A program made the translations under genes and the position numbers. The notes beneath the pieces were generated by a model. That model made no database searches. It was not told where the DNA came from and worked only from the letters and a program-made list of their open reading frames with translations. DNA of 56,793 nt, counting the filler, from Trypethelium eluteriae (taxonomy: Eukaryota), in assembly GCA_051942245.1 (NCBI GenBank). It is 3 parts of 3 records of this genome, joined end to end, with 100 filler letters (N's around TTAATTAATTAA, not from the genome) between each part and the next. Parts side by side here need not be neighbours in the genome. Positions count along the whole stretch, not along the records: positions 18,980 to 37,836 come from JAVECL010000544.1; positions 37,937 to 56,793 come from JAVECL010000545.1; 1 more part is not named here. One strand, written 5' to 3'. Shown one piece after another: positions 37,693-50,071 of the stretch. Position 1 is the stretch's first letter. Every line of letters starts with the position of its first letter.

Positions 37693-37836
37693 GTCGCTGT
37701 CGCCGACACCCCGACGATCGAAGCGGAAGACCGGGTGCCCCGCGCCCGCGAGCGCGTGCGCCAGCCGTTCGAACAGCCGGTGCGCGCCCCAGCGCACGTC
37801 GCTGCCGCCGGTGACGATCAGCAGACCGTGTTCGCC
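37666..37836 (-). other. Fragment of a bacterial-type alpha/beta hydrolase (resembles 'hydrolase 1, exosortase A system-associated')
   Basis: Minus strand reads GEHGLLIVTGGSDVRWGAHRLFERLAHALAGAGHPVFRFDRRGVGDSDGEDAGYAGA. Very GC-rich with mostly G/C third positions; it sits at a contig end. Confidence 0.75.
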
Positions 37837-37936
37837 NNNNNNNNNNNNNNNNNNNNNNNNNNNNNNNNNNNNNNNNNNNNTTAATTAATTAANNNNNNNN
37901 NNNNNNNNNNNNNNNNNNNNNNNNNNNNNNNNNNNN
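37837..37936. other. Artificial contig spacer: 44 N + TTAATTAATTAA + 44 N
   Basis: Same 100-nt structure as 18880-18979. Confidence 0.98.
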
Positions 37937-38977
37937 GTTGTAGGCGAGGGCGGAGGGGGAGGAGAGCGCGTTGTATGAATTTCGGGCGGCGAGGAGGGGG
38001 CGCTGGGGTTTGGAGATGGCGGTGTTTGGAGAGGTGGTGTCCGTACCGTTCGTTGGGACTGCTGCAGTTCCTTGGTCGTTGGTGGTGGACATTGCGGTCG
38101 CGGCGGTTGGCGTAGCAGCTTTGGAACTAGTTGCTGATGCACGAGCAGCCTTTTCGGTTTCTGCGTATCTTAAAATGCTAGAAATGTTGCCGGGCTGAGA
38201 AGAACGTGTTATCACGGTCGTCACGCCTGCGGAAGTGGCAAGGCGTGCGGCCACGATTTTCGTAGACATGCCCCCGGTGCCTAAGGCGGAACCAGGACTC
38301 GAGACATCGGCCTCCAGTGCGGCAATATCCTCAACAACCTCAATGGCGCGAGCATCTGGATTTGTCCGGGGATTTGACTCATACAAGCAGTCGACGTCAG
38401 TCATCAGGAAGAGATAATCAGCCTGTACCATGCCAGCCGTGATTGCACTGAGCGTATCGTTGTCTCCAAACTTTATTTCAGTGACGGCAAGAGTATCGTT
38501 CTCATTCACTATCGGAATCACCCCCATTGAGAGTAATTCAAAAAAGGTGTTTTGTGCATTGAGATATTGCGTTCGGTCCGCGATGTCGTTTCTCGTGAGC
38601 AGAATCTGCGCTACAGGTTGCCTCAGATGTGCGAATAAGTTGTCCCAGAGTGTCATCAGCCGGCATTGGCCTATGGCAGCCAGCGCCTGATTTTGCGGGA
38701 GGTTATTCTTTGGTCGTTTCTCCATATCCATCCGTCGCAAGCCGACGCCAATAGCGCCGGAGGACACGATGATGACTTTGTGGCCATCTTTGCGAAGCGC
38801 AACAGTCGTCTCAACAATTGTAGAGAGAATAGAGATCTTTGGTTCATGCGTTCTTTCGTCGACTATGGAACTCGTTCCTGTACTACAGAATTAGACTCAC
38901 GCCCACGGTCTTCGGACTTGCTTCTGTGGAGGTGGCATTTTACCGAGCTTTATTACAATAGTAAGATGCTTCTTCAT
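37937..38977 (-). CDS. PRO1: Glutamate 5-kinase, 3'-truncated by the gap
   Basis: [11 protein letters not shown], intron ~38878-38943, GTSSIVDE...[61 protein letters not shown]. Confidence 0.96.
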
Positions 38978-39889
38978 GATTGACTTAATGAAAAATTACT
39001 AAAAGAAACGAATGCAAACGACAAATTAAACGTGGAACGATGTTTTTCTGAGGAGACGTGTACGGAGTATGCTTGACTCATAGAATTTTATCTGAAATCT
39101 GGACCAATCATAGAGCCACATGGCCTCGGTGATAACTCCGATCAAGTTGTAGAGTACCCTTGTTTCTTCCAACCCTCATTGGCGGTCCAGGTAGCAACAA
39201 TAATCGACTTCAATTGTGCTTCAATTTCTGCAATGATCTCAGCCGAGTACTCCAGGTTCCCACAAGAGGCACGTTTCACAACTCGTTCTTTATCCATTAT
39301 AAGACCACTCGAGATGCTCCCCATTCCATCCGCCCCATAACCGAAAGCCCGTGCCGATACCGGAATTGAGATGAGGTGTACAAGGTATTTAGATCATGAC
39401 TGCATGACTGTAGCGAAGAAGAAAAATAGTCATACAGCTAGATCTTGGAGAGGTAGGATATTATCGGAGGGATTAGAGCTACTTACATAGGTAGAGTACC
39501 TTAGGTACGGGACATCGGGATGCAGAATGCGGAGACTGGCCAGACGATAAGGACCAGGCCCATTGGTCGCTCGGAGCGAAGATTTGATCTAGAAGACTTC
39601 CACGGTACCTATTGATTCAATAATTAAGGCATGCTACCTAGTGCTCCTTCAAGTACATAGTACGGAGTTAGGACTTACTGCTGTAAAGTGTGACCGATCT
39701 CGGGCCGGACGTTGATAATTGACCCCTCCTATCAGCTAGAATGCCCCTCGCACGCAATCATCACAGTACTGCAGGATTACACTTGTGAGGTCATTGCAAT
39801 CCTGAAACTTCTTAAAGGCACGTCCGCCCTCTCAACTCTTCTTATATCCTCCCAAATTTCGGCACTTTCATCTGATCTATCATCTCATC

Positions 39890-40689
39890 ATGTCCGAGTG
39901 CTGCAAGACTGGCTTTCAATGGGGTGGTACCCCTGTTGGGACTGAGTCCACTTTGGGTCAGCTAAAGACCTACGTTACTGGCTCTAACAAAGACGCTGCT
40001 GTTCTCCTGGTTCACGATGTTTTTGGATGGACATTCACAAATCTCCGACTCTTGGCTGACCACTACGCCAAAGAAGCCAATGTGACCGCCTATTTGCCTG
40101 ATTTGTAAGACCCAAACGAAACTTAGTCATGATCCTTGGTGCAGTAGTGACAAAGCTCCACAGCTACGCTGGTGATGTCGTCGACCCTGATACGATGGAC
40201 AATCCTGAAAAGCGAGAGAAGTTCAATGTTGGAGCCTTTCTCGGCAAACATGGCAAACAGACACGCGGCCCTGAAATCTTCGATGCCGCCAAGACACTGA
40301 AGTCACAGTACAAGAAAGTTGCTGCGATCGGCTTCTGCTGGGGTGCTTGGGGTTCATTGCAAGTTGCTGCGAAGGGCAACAACATCCTCGACGCTGTCTC
40401 TGTCGCTCACCCATCACTCCTCGAGAAGTCCGAGATTGAGAATATAGGCGTTCCGGTGCAATTCTTGGCTCCGGAGACTGATCCACAGTTTACTCCTGAG
40501 CTCAAGCAGTTCACGCTTGAGACCTTGCCAAAATTGAATGTTCCCTTCGAGTATATATACTTTCCTGGCTTGGTCCATGGATTTGCGGCCAAGGCAGACA
40601 AGAATGATCCCAAGCAGAAGGATGGTTTGGAGAGAGCAAAGAATTCGGCAGTGAACTTCTTCAAGCAGTACCTCGGTGAGACCAGATAG
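39890..40689 (+). CDS. Dienelactone hydrolase family protein
   Basis: MSECCKTGFQWGGTPVG, HDVFGW, LADHYA, intron 40105-40163, GFCWG nucleophile motif, AHPS, HGFA. Confidence 0.93.
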
Positions 40690-41156
40690 GATCAACCTGC
40701 AGGCTTCAAAGATTTCGAAAAGTGCGTAGGAAACCTACTCCCGGCTCTTTCTGGTGGGTGACGACGGGCACGACTGGGTGAATAATTTAAAAAGTGTGCA
40801 AGACTAGATCCAAAACTTTGTCCATACTGTGCGAACTCTCTTCTTTTTCCGGAGCCATTAGGTTTTCATGCAGGCTTCTGGTTGCCTTGAGAGACGGTAT
40901 CATATTCGTTTGGTGACCCTTCGCTCGTACCAACTTCAGTATTGGCTGTCCTCTCCTCGCACTCCCTCAGATGCTTCGCCAGCATTGTCCTCCTTCCCTT
41001 CAAATCCACCGCTTTGCTGCTCCATGATGTCTGGGGCGCTACTTTGGCTCTCATTCTGCATACCAAGTGTCCTGCTGCCATCCAGAGTCGACATCTAGAC
41101 CAGTAGGGTCTCCCTCGAATTCCCGATTACATATAGTAGTGAACCATACTATTCAC

Positions 41157-41864
41157 TCACCACCACCGCACCCCAAACATCTTCCCCGGCACCTTCCTCC
41201 CCTCCATCTTCGCCGCCTCCGCATCCTCCAAAACCACCCTCTTCGCCCCTCTCACGTCCACCCACAACTTATGCATACTCCACTCCTTCTCCCCCGGCCT
41301 TCTCGTCATCTGCACCCTCACCTCACCCGTCGCCCTCTCGCCCACAGCAAAAAACCGCATCCACATCCACTCCGTCCCAAAGCGATCGCGCTCCACCGTC
41401 GTCGGCGCCCGCCGCCGGCCCGCCGCCCCAAACGTCCTCGAATGCTGCGCCTCGAGCGTATTCCGGAACTCGACCTTGTCGCCCAGCAGCGCCGCGCACT
41501 GGGCGTCGTCGCGGACGCGGTTGGCGGCCCGGTTGAAGTGCGCGGTCGAGGAGTCTGGGCTGAGCACGTCGAGGTACAGGTACGTGGCCACGGCGCCGGT
41601 GGCGAGCACGCCGATGATGACAAGGCCGAGGTTGAAGGTTTGTTGCGTGGTGCGTGCGACTTTCTCGGAGGGGGACAGGTCGCCCCAGTGGATGCGGCCG
41701 TCATCGTTGAAGGGGGTGATGGGTTTGCGGCGGGAGGAGGGGCTGGTGCTGCCGGTTAGGGAGGAGTGGGTTGCGTAGGGTCGGTAAAGGAGAGGAGTGC
41801 GGAGGGTGATGGCTCGAGGGAGTGAAAGGGGCGAGATACGCGCCAAGGCGTTGGAGGTGGTCAT
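41157..41864 (-). CDS. TIM21: Mitochondrial inner membrane translocase subunit Tim21
   Basis: Presequence-like N-terminus, DDGRIHWGDLSPSEKVARTTQQTFN, a single TM helix, FNRAANRVRDDAQCAALLG, and C-terminal KMFGVRWW. Confidence 0.9.
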   Translation of the reverse strand: MTTSNALARISPLSLPRAITLRTPLLYRPYATHSSLTGSTSPSSRRKPITPFNDDGRIHWGDLSPSEKVARTTQQTFNLGLVIIGVLATGAVATYLYLDVLSPDSSTAHFNRAANRVRDDAQCAALLGDKVEFRNTLEAQHSRTFGAAGRRRAPTTVERDRFGTEWMWMRFFAVGERATGEVRVQMTRRPGEKEWSMHKLWVDVRGAKRVVLEDAEAAKMEGRKVPGKMFGVRWW

Positions 41865-41875
41865 CGTGAAAGCAT

Positions 41876-41916
41876 TGGCGGTGTCGTGGTTGGCGGTGTC
41901 GTGGTTGTCGTTGTCG
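41876..41916. repeat. 15-bp direct repeat with a degenerate third copy, just upstream of the TIM21 ATG
   Basis: tggcggtgtcgtggt tggcggtgtcgtggt tgtcgttgtcg. Confidence 0.7.
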
Positions 41917-42074
41917 CTATGACAAGCTCCTAAAGCTCCATGAAGGGGGAGCTCCTACCAGGTGGGGAAAGTGTTCCGCGGCTCGACACTCTCGATACGG
42001 AGCATGTACGCACGAAGCAGATACACTTCCCAGCAAAGACCACACTCTCTTCGTGCCGCATATTGGACTTTTGC

Positions 42075-43808
42075 ATGATGAGAATAGAACAATTAGAGCA
42101 TCTTTTACAGGTTCTTGCTGATCGAGATATCGACCTGGGTCGAGATGATGTGGCTTGGGCGTTCGAGTCAGCCAAAACAACAGGAGATGCTTGTGCATGG
42201 GTTGATGAATACCTCCACGCACCAACATTGTTGAGTCCAGATGAGTTCCAAATGTACAGCATCCAAACACGAACTCTTTCGCGGTGGTGAATGATATTAA
42301 AATTTGGTAGTTACAATACATTACCGGAAAAGCTTCAGAGGCAGCATCTTCATTCACAGAGCACGGCACACCAGGAAGACTCTCGCGCCTTTTCCGATGA
42401 AAACGTGCAAGATGCATTAGAGAGGCTTGAGAGTTCGACAGCTTCGATTGAGGCACAAATCAAGCATCTGGAAATTCAAAAGGAAGCCTTACGTCAGCTA
42501 AAAGCACAGAACGAAACCACCGATGCCTCGGTCACTCGCGCAAGAGAGGCCCATTTCAAAAAGCAAGAAAAGGAGAAACGGCAATTAGATTTTTCGGTTA
42601 GTTCATCAATAGCCTGCAGAAAATTGCTAATTTTCAAAAATCCAGGTGGAGGAGCTTTCAGATGAATTACGAACTCGTATTGTGGTAGCTGAAAAAGATG
42701 CATCTGGTGCCTTGAACGGATTGGCACCGTTCGTAAATGATACCTTCGGAGCAGACGATCATCTCTTATCTGGCTTCACTAAGCTCCTGCCGAGGTTCCA
42801 GCAAACGTTCGATAACAGAGTTGCGCTCCAACAGACCGACCACTGGTGCCGTGCTGTGGTATCTTTCCAAGCCGCAAAAGTGAAAGCAAGGATTGATGCT
42901 CTTTGTCCACACGTCTACAGTGTTCAAAATGGCCATCCTATGGACAGAAAATGGCTGGAGCTTGAAGAGGAGAGAAGCGCCCTCGGTGGTGAGCTGGAGA
43001 CATTGAAAGAAGAAATTATACCCGTCCTTTCCATGGTAGTGGATCATGAGTTCCGCCGGCCTATCAAGGAAGCTAGTCACGGACGCCAAGGAGAATTCGT
43101 AAAGTCTCAAGGGGACTGGTTATCTTACGTAGGTTGATTAAGAGGAGATGAGACGTCTCAAGCTAACAGCTCCAGATATATGATTCCCTGAATTACATGA
43201 GATGTCGCTTAGATGCGATTGAGTCTCATGCGCAAGGTGCACACGCCTATAACCAAGCGCTAAAAGAGTTTCAGACCTTTTTATCCCAAGAATTGTCGGA
43301 AATGATACCAGAGAAAACAGGTGCCCAAGAAAAGAAGCGCAAAAGTCGTGATCTCAGAGCACTTGTTAATCCGCAAACTGGGCTTCGAGAGTTCTTACTT
43401 GGAAGGGGTGCTCCCCAAAAAGAAGATCCAGCTGATAGATTACTACGCCATTTGGACATCCAGCCGAAGGGTGATCGTGCCGAGCACGCCCGCAATGCTT
43501 GTGAATCAGCAGTGAATGACCGGCAAAAGCGTCTTCAAGAGCATTGTGAAACTACAGATCGGTCCATGCTGAAGAGTTTAGCAGAGTCACTGGATCTGGC
43601 GGACACAGATCTACAAAATTTGTTGAGCTCGGTGTACGGATACACGGAATTCAACAATGCTCGATTGTCCGATAGAACCTCTGAAGAGCGCATCCATAAT
43701 CTTGAGGGGGCCATTGACAAAGCGGTGAAAAAGTTGGGTGGCTTTGATGAAGATGATACAGAAGGGCTGGAACAGAAAAAGGATATTCTGATCAAAAAAT
43801 GGTCCTGA
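42075..43808 (+). CDS. Coiled-coil protein, probable augmin subunit HAUS3/Aug3, 4 exons
   Basis: Introns ~42254-42310, 42597-42645 and 43129-43175 join the ORFs in frame. The N-terminus RDDVAWAFE...AWVDEYLHAPTLLSPDEFQIYNTL matches the HAUS3 N-terminal pattern D..W.FE......W.......LS..E...F/Y..L, followed by coiled coils. The gene is well supported; the name is less certain. Confidence 0.7.
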
Positions 43809-44168
43809 GTATCTACGCGTGCGCTCCAAAATTCCGTTACTGAACTGTTAGTTCTCATGTTGCTATATACCCGTATTCTCATTTGACGTCAATGCTTTCA
43901 GTAAAGTTACGTGGAAAAATTCGGTGCGTAATCGACCGACTTCCGTCATACTTATTGAGCCACCGCAAAATCCCCATCCGTCGAGCAATGCACTGTAGAA
44001 TTTTCCTGCTTGACTCTGCATTAGTGTTTTACCCCATATTCAGGCACAGACGAGATCTGCGATCTACCCCGCGGTAAATGAGTTACATATTATATCTAGC
44101 AGACCATGTTGAAACATGTATAAGACTCGTAAACTATGTTTGGAGGAAGGTTAGTTCGGATTTCCAGG

Positions 44169-46014
44169 ATGGCTTTCTTTACGCATCTCACTAGTCTACT
44201 GATTCTGTTCGTAAATTTCTTTTCTATATCAATTGCTCAAGATTTGACCGCACAACTTGATTACGGTACTTTCGAAGGGGTATATTCTTCCAAGTATAAT
44301 ATCAGCTATTGGGGTAAGATACCCTTTGCAGCTCCTCCTACGGGCGAGAATCGATTCCGAGCACCACAGTCGCCTAGTCCAATAACTAATGGAACATACA
44401 ACTCGACACAAACCTTTCCCTATTGCCCTCAAAGATATGTAGGTGATCATCCTTCACCCAACAGACCTGAACAAAGTTCTTCAAGCTAATAAATTGTCAA
44501 AGGGAGTAAATAACGGCACCGAAGATTGTCTCTACCTTGGTCTCTATTCGAGGCCATGGACATCTGGACAGGCTCTTCGCCCTGTTGTGGTGGTCTACTT
44601 TGGCGGCGGATTCATTGAAGGCGGCGCCTCATTCAACATCCCTCCCGCCGGTTATCCTATCCTCAACGCCTCCGCCGAGAACGACCTGGTCTTCGTTTAC
44701 CCTAACTATCGTGTCAACGCCTTCGGATTCCTTCCGGGCCAACAGATCAAGAATAGCAACACCTCAGACTTGAACCCCGGCTTGCTGGATCAGTACGCCG
44801 CACTCCAATGGACCCACAAATACATCTCCGCGTTTGGCGGCGACCCCCAGAACGTCAGCATCTGGGGTCAATCTGCTGGCGCTGGCTCGGTCGTCGCCCA
44901 AGTCATCGCCAACAACGGCGCCGAGCAGCCCCGACTCTTCACCAAAGCCCTTGCATCCAGCCCGTTCTGGGAGAAAACGTATCAATACAACGCACCGCAG
45001 GCGCAATCGCTCTACGACGCATTGGCCAACTACACCGGGTGCAGTACTGCCTTTGGAAACGTGACGGACTCGCTCGCCTGCCTCAAGACCGTCGACACGG
45101 ATAAGATCCGTGAGGCAGCGCTAGCGATCAGTGCTTTCCATACGTACAACACAAGCTCGTACTCGTGGGCGCCGGTCATCGATGGGACTTTCTTGACGCA
45201 GCCGTTGAGTCAAGCGGTGCGGAAAGATCAGGTGAATATTGACTTTGGGTGGGGGATGTACAATCTGAATGAGGGAACGAATTTCATACCGCCAGGATTG
45301 CAGAATGCGACGAATACGAGCACGGCCGGGCAACCGGCGTTTAATTCGAGTGAGGCATCGTACCAGTACTGGCTGAGGGGGTTCTTGCCGGATTTCGAAG
45401 AGAGCGATTTCCAGGAGGTGGATAAGTTGTATCCATCTGCGGGATCAGCGGAGGAGCTGCCAAGTTACAACACCACATATGTACGAGCGGGTCTAGTCTA
45501 CAGGGACGTGGTCCTTGCGTGTCCCGCATATTGGATGGCGAGGGCGGCGTATAACCGTAGCTACGTGGGCGAGTATGCTATTAGTCCAGCGAAGCATGGA
45601 AGTGACACCGAATGGGTAAGTCCTATTCTTCTTCTTGGCCCCAAAAATTGGCTTCTGCCTTTGTATGCATGGCGATCCTGGCTTAATAGCTGCATTTCCA
45701 TAGCGGTTTCTGCTTCAGTCTTGTTTTTGCATGTCTTTACTGACGAGAACCGTTAGTGGAACCAAGTCAATCCTATCCAGCAAACGGACCCACTCATTTA
45801 CGAGGGCTACACCGGAGCCTTCGCCTCATTCTTTGCGACCAGCGATCCGAATGCACACAAATTGACGAATGCGTCACAACCAGGCGTCCCAGAGAGTAAG
45901 GACACTGGAGAAGAGTTCGCCATCCTATCCGATGGCTTTGGTAATGTGAACACGAATATGCTAGCAAAGCGATGCGATTATTGGCTGAGCGTTGCTGAGA
46001 AAATACCAATATAG
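44169..46014 (+). CDS. Secreted type-B carboxylesterase/lipase
   Basis: Signal peptide, IPFAAPPTGENRFRAPQ, intron 44439-44502, EDCLYL, FGGGF, NYRVNAFGF, FGGDPQNVSIWGQSAGA (catalytic Ser), HGSD, intron 45616-45756, last exon ending AEKIPI*. Confidence 0.93.
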
Positions 46015-46415
46015 AGACGAACGTGGTATAATATATTTTTTTCCAAATTTTATCGGAAAAGCATCGCACGAGTAGTGACTCTATGGCCATTGCGTATGCT
46101 GCCACGCAAATGCAGAGACATCCCGTGCTGATCCGTCATCGATCTTCCTTGCTTGACGGGTCTTCTTGTGGACCTTGGCTGAGCTTATCTGCCGGCCTCC
46201 TCCGCAACTCTTTCGACTATCGTAGGAGCACTGCTTCTTGTGAGCCTGTTCATTTCAGGCTGCAGAAAACGAGCTCTGCATTCTCAACTTTTCTGCCATC
46301 TTCATTTTGCACCCAGCCAAGAATCGTCCCATCTAATCATCGACCACAGCCCAACACTCACAATCCACATCACAGTTGTACGTCCATCCCAGACCTCATC
46401 AGCAAGACACCCATT

Positions 46416-47460
46416 CTACTCCACCTTCCTCCCCTCCCTCTCCGCCTTCCTCAATGCCCTCCTCCTAATCCCCTCATGCATCCTCCTATTCCACCACACC
46501 AACCCCTGATTCATCGTCCCGAGAAACGTCGAAATCCCCCAATGCATCAACCCATGGCTCCAATACGGCGTAGAGGTATACGCCAAGCCACTCGCCCCAC
46601 CCCTCCTCCCCACCTTCGCCAACACCGCCTTGACAAACGCGCGCGGCGTCGGGATCAGCGCGCTCGCTCTTCGAATCTTGCTCATCGCGCTGACGACCAG
46701 GTACGAGTGCACGAGCTGCACTGTGACGCCCTGCGGAGCGAGCTCTGACGCTAACGCCGTGCTCCATTGCTGCAGGAAGGCTTTGGAGCCGGAGTACGTG
46801 GCGAGGAGCGGGGTAGGGAGGAGGCCGCCGAAGGAGGCCATGGTGAGGACGAGGCCGTGGCGTTGGGAGGCGAGGCGCGGAGCCAGGAGGTGGGTGATGC
46901 GCAGGGTGGCGAGGCAGTTGATGGTGATGATGTCGGTGAGTTCGGGCAGTGGGTTTTGGAGGAAGGGGACGGGGATGGAGTGGCTGAGGCCGACGTTGTT
47001 GATGAGGATGGAGAGGGGGAGGTCGGCGGTGAGGGAGGCGATGCGTTGGTAGTCGGATTCGGAGGCGTGGGCGAAGTCGATGGCGAGGCTTTTCGTGCGG
47101 ATGCTGCTGTACTTGGTCTCGAGGTCGCGGGCTAGGGCATCGAGCTTGGATTGCGTGCGGGAGATCAGGACGACGTTGAAGCCTTTGGCGGCGAGTTGGG
47201 TCGCGAATTCTTTGCCAATGCCATCAGATGCTCCAGTTATTACCGCCCATGAGCCTTTCTTGCCGAATTTTGTCAACTGTCGAAGGAGTGTAAGTGTTTG
47301 GTAATGAACTTTGAGAGGACAGAAGCGAGCGCACAGAGGTTCCCGGGATGACAAATAAGTCGAGGACCACTCGAAGAAAGTTGAAGACTTGAGCAGAAAG
47401 GTATAGACCCCCAACCACTGCCAGTGCCTGAAGTGCAGGTGTTGGTATGTAGGCATCCAT
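46416..47460 (-). CDS. IFA38: Very-long-chain 3-oxoacyl-CoA reductase (SDR)
   Basis: N-terminal TM exon MDAYIP...FVIPGTS, intron ~47277-47334, [44 protein letters not shown] (YxxxK), [14 protein letters not shown]. Confidence 0.93.
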
Positions 47461-47751
47461 TATGGAGTCTTTTCCTGTCCGTCTAAGTGTCAGACCTTAC
47501 AGGCCTTCGATACGCAGTAAACAGGGCTTGTACCCCCACTAAAGGCGATTGGATGCGTGCAAAATGAGATGCAATTGAGCCCGTCGCGTGAGATCGAAAT
47601 ATCAAACTGCAAGAAGCTTGGACCGTAAATTTTTTGGGATCGTCAGGGTCCAGTTCCTCTTCGAGCCGTTGCGATTCTGCATCGCTTGTGTTTCCTTTTC
47701 CTGTACGGCGTCGCGGAGCACAGCGCACCATTGCTTTCTTTTCGCATGAAC

Positions 47752-48255
47752 ATGTCTCTATCTTCGGTACTGCCAGAAGGACCTGGTTTGCTTCCGTATT
47801 GGCTATTAACTGTACGTCTCCTATCACACCTCATGCCCTTACCGCGCATTCTGCTAACTTGGGGCCACACGTCCTAGGTTGCACTCACAGGCATCGGTAA
47901 CTCTATTCAGTCCTATAGCACTCTTCATTACACCCAGAGAATCTACAATGGCCAGTCTTCTGACATCAAGAAACCTGCTTCCGAAACGTCTTCAGTAACG
48001 CCCCTCTCCGCCCGCACTTTTGGTACATGGTCTTTCGTCTCTTCATTAGTACGATTCTATTGTGCATATGATATTACGAACAAACCGCTGTATGATCTGG
48101 CCATGTGGACTTGTGTAACAGGCATGATACATTTTGGACTGGAGTGGTCGGTCTTCAAGAGCGGAAGGATTGGGGTGCCCTTGCTGAGCCCTGTCGTGGT
48201 TGCAGGAGCGACTTTTGCGTGGATGTTCACCCAACGGGAGACCTATCTGGGGTAG
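47752..48255 (+). CDS. ERG28: Ergosterol biosynthesis scaffold protein Erg28
   Basis: GLLPYWLLT, intron 47812-47877, GNSIQSYSTLHYTQRIY...VTPLSARTFGTW...VRFYCAY...LYDLAMWT...HFGLEWSVFK...SPVVVA...WMFTQRETYLG*. Exon 2 is missing from the ORF track. Confidence 0.94.
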
Positions 48256-48426
48256 TATACCGAAAGACAAGTTTCGATGGTCCCAAGCCCTTCAGTTCAA
48301 TGGGGAAACTCCATTGAATATTTTGAGAGGTATCTATATTAAGAGTTGGACCGTGGTAGAGGGTATGCACCACTATCGCCGAGCAAACCATCAGACATGA
48401 TTTTCAAGGCGAATAACGGCTCGGAG

Positions 48427-49768
<1,342 letters not shown>

Positions 49769-50071
49769 CTTGAATTGAACGGGTTCACCACTTCAAGGGC
49801 CAAAAGCTTTCACATGGCAAGTTTTGTTTGCGGGGCTTTCTTGGGGTGGGATGCGACGTCAGAGCAGCTCGTACCAACTGCAATCACTGCCGCAATTCTG
49901 CCGCTGATCACCGCCGATCAAAGGGACACGCAACGGAGCTTGAATGAGCTTGTTATAGCCTTCATCTCAAACACTTGGCTCCAATCCAGCCATAAGGTAG
50001 CCATTCCTTTTACCCTGCGTTTCGAGCGCCGTGTCCCATCATCAACCTCGTACTTTTGACAATCTTTCGAT

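Noticed and set aside
39890..47460. Possible secondary-metabolite cluster (hydrolase, esterase, reductase)
   Set aside because: No PKS, NRPS, terpene synthase, transporter or cluster regulator, and the genes are interleaved with housekeeping genes.
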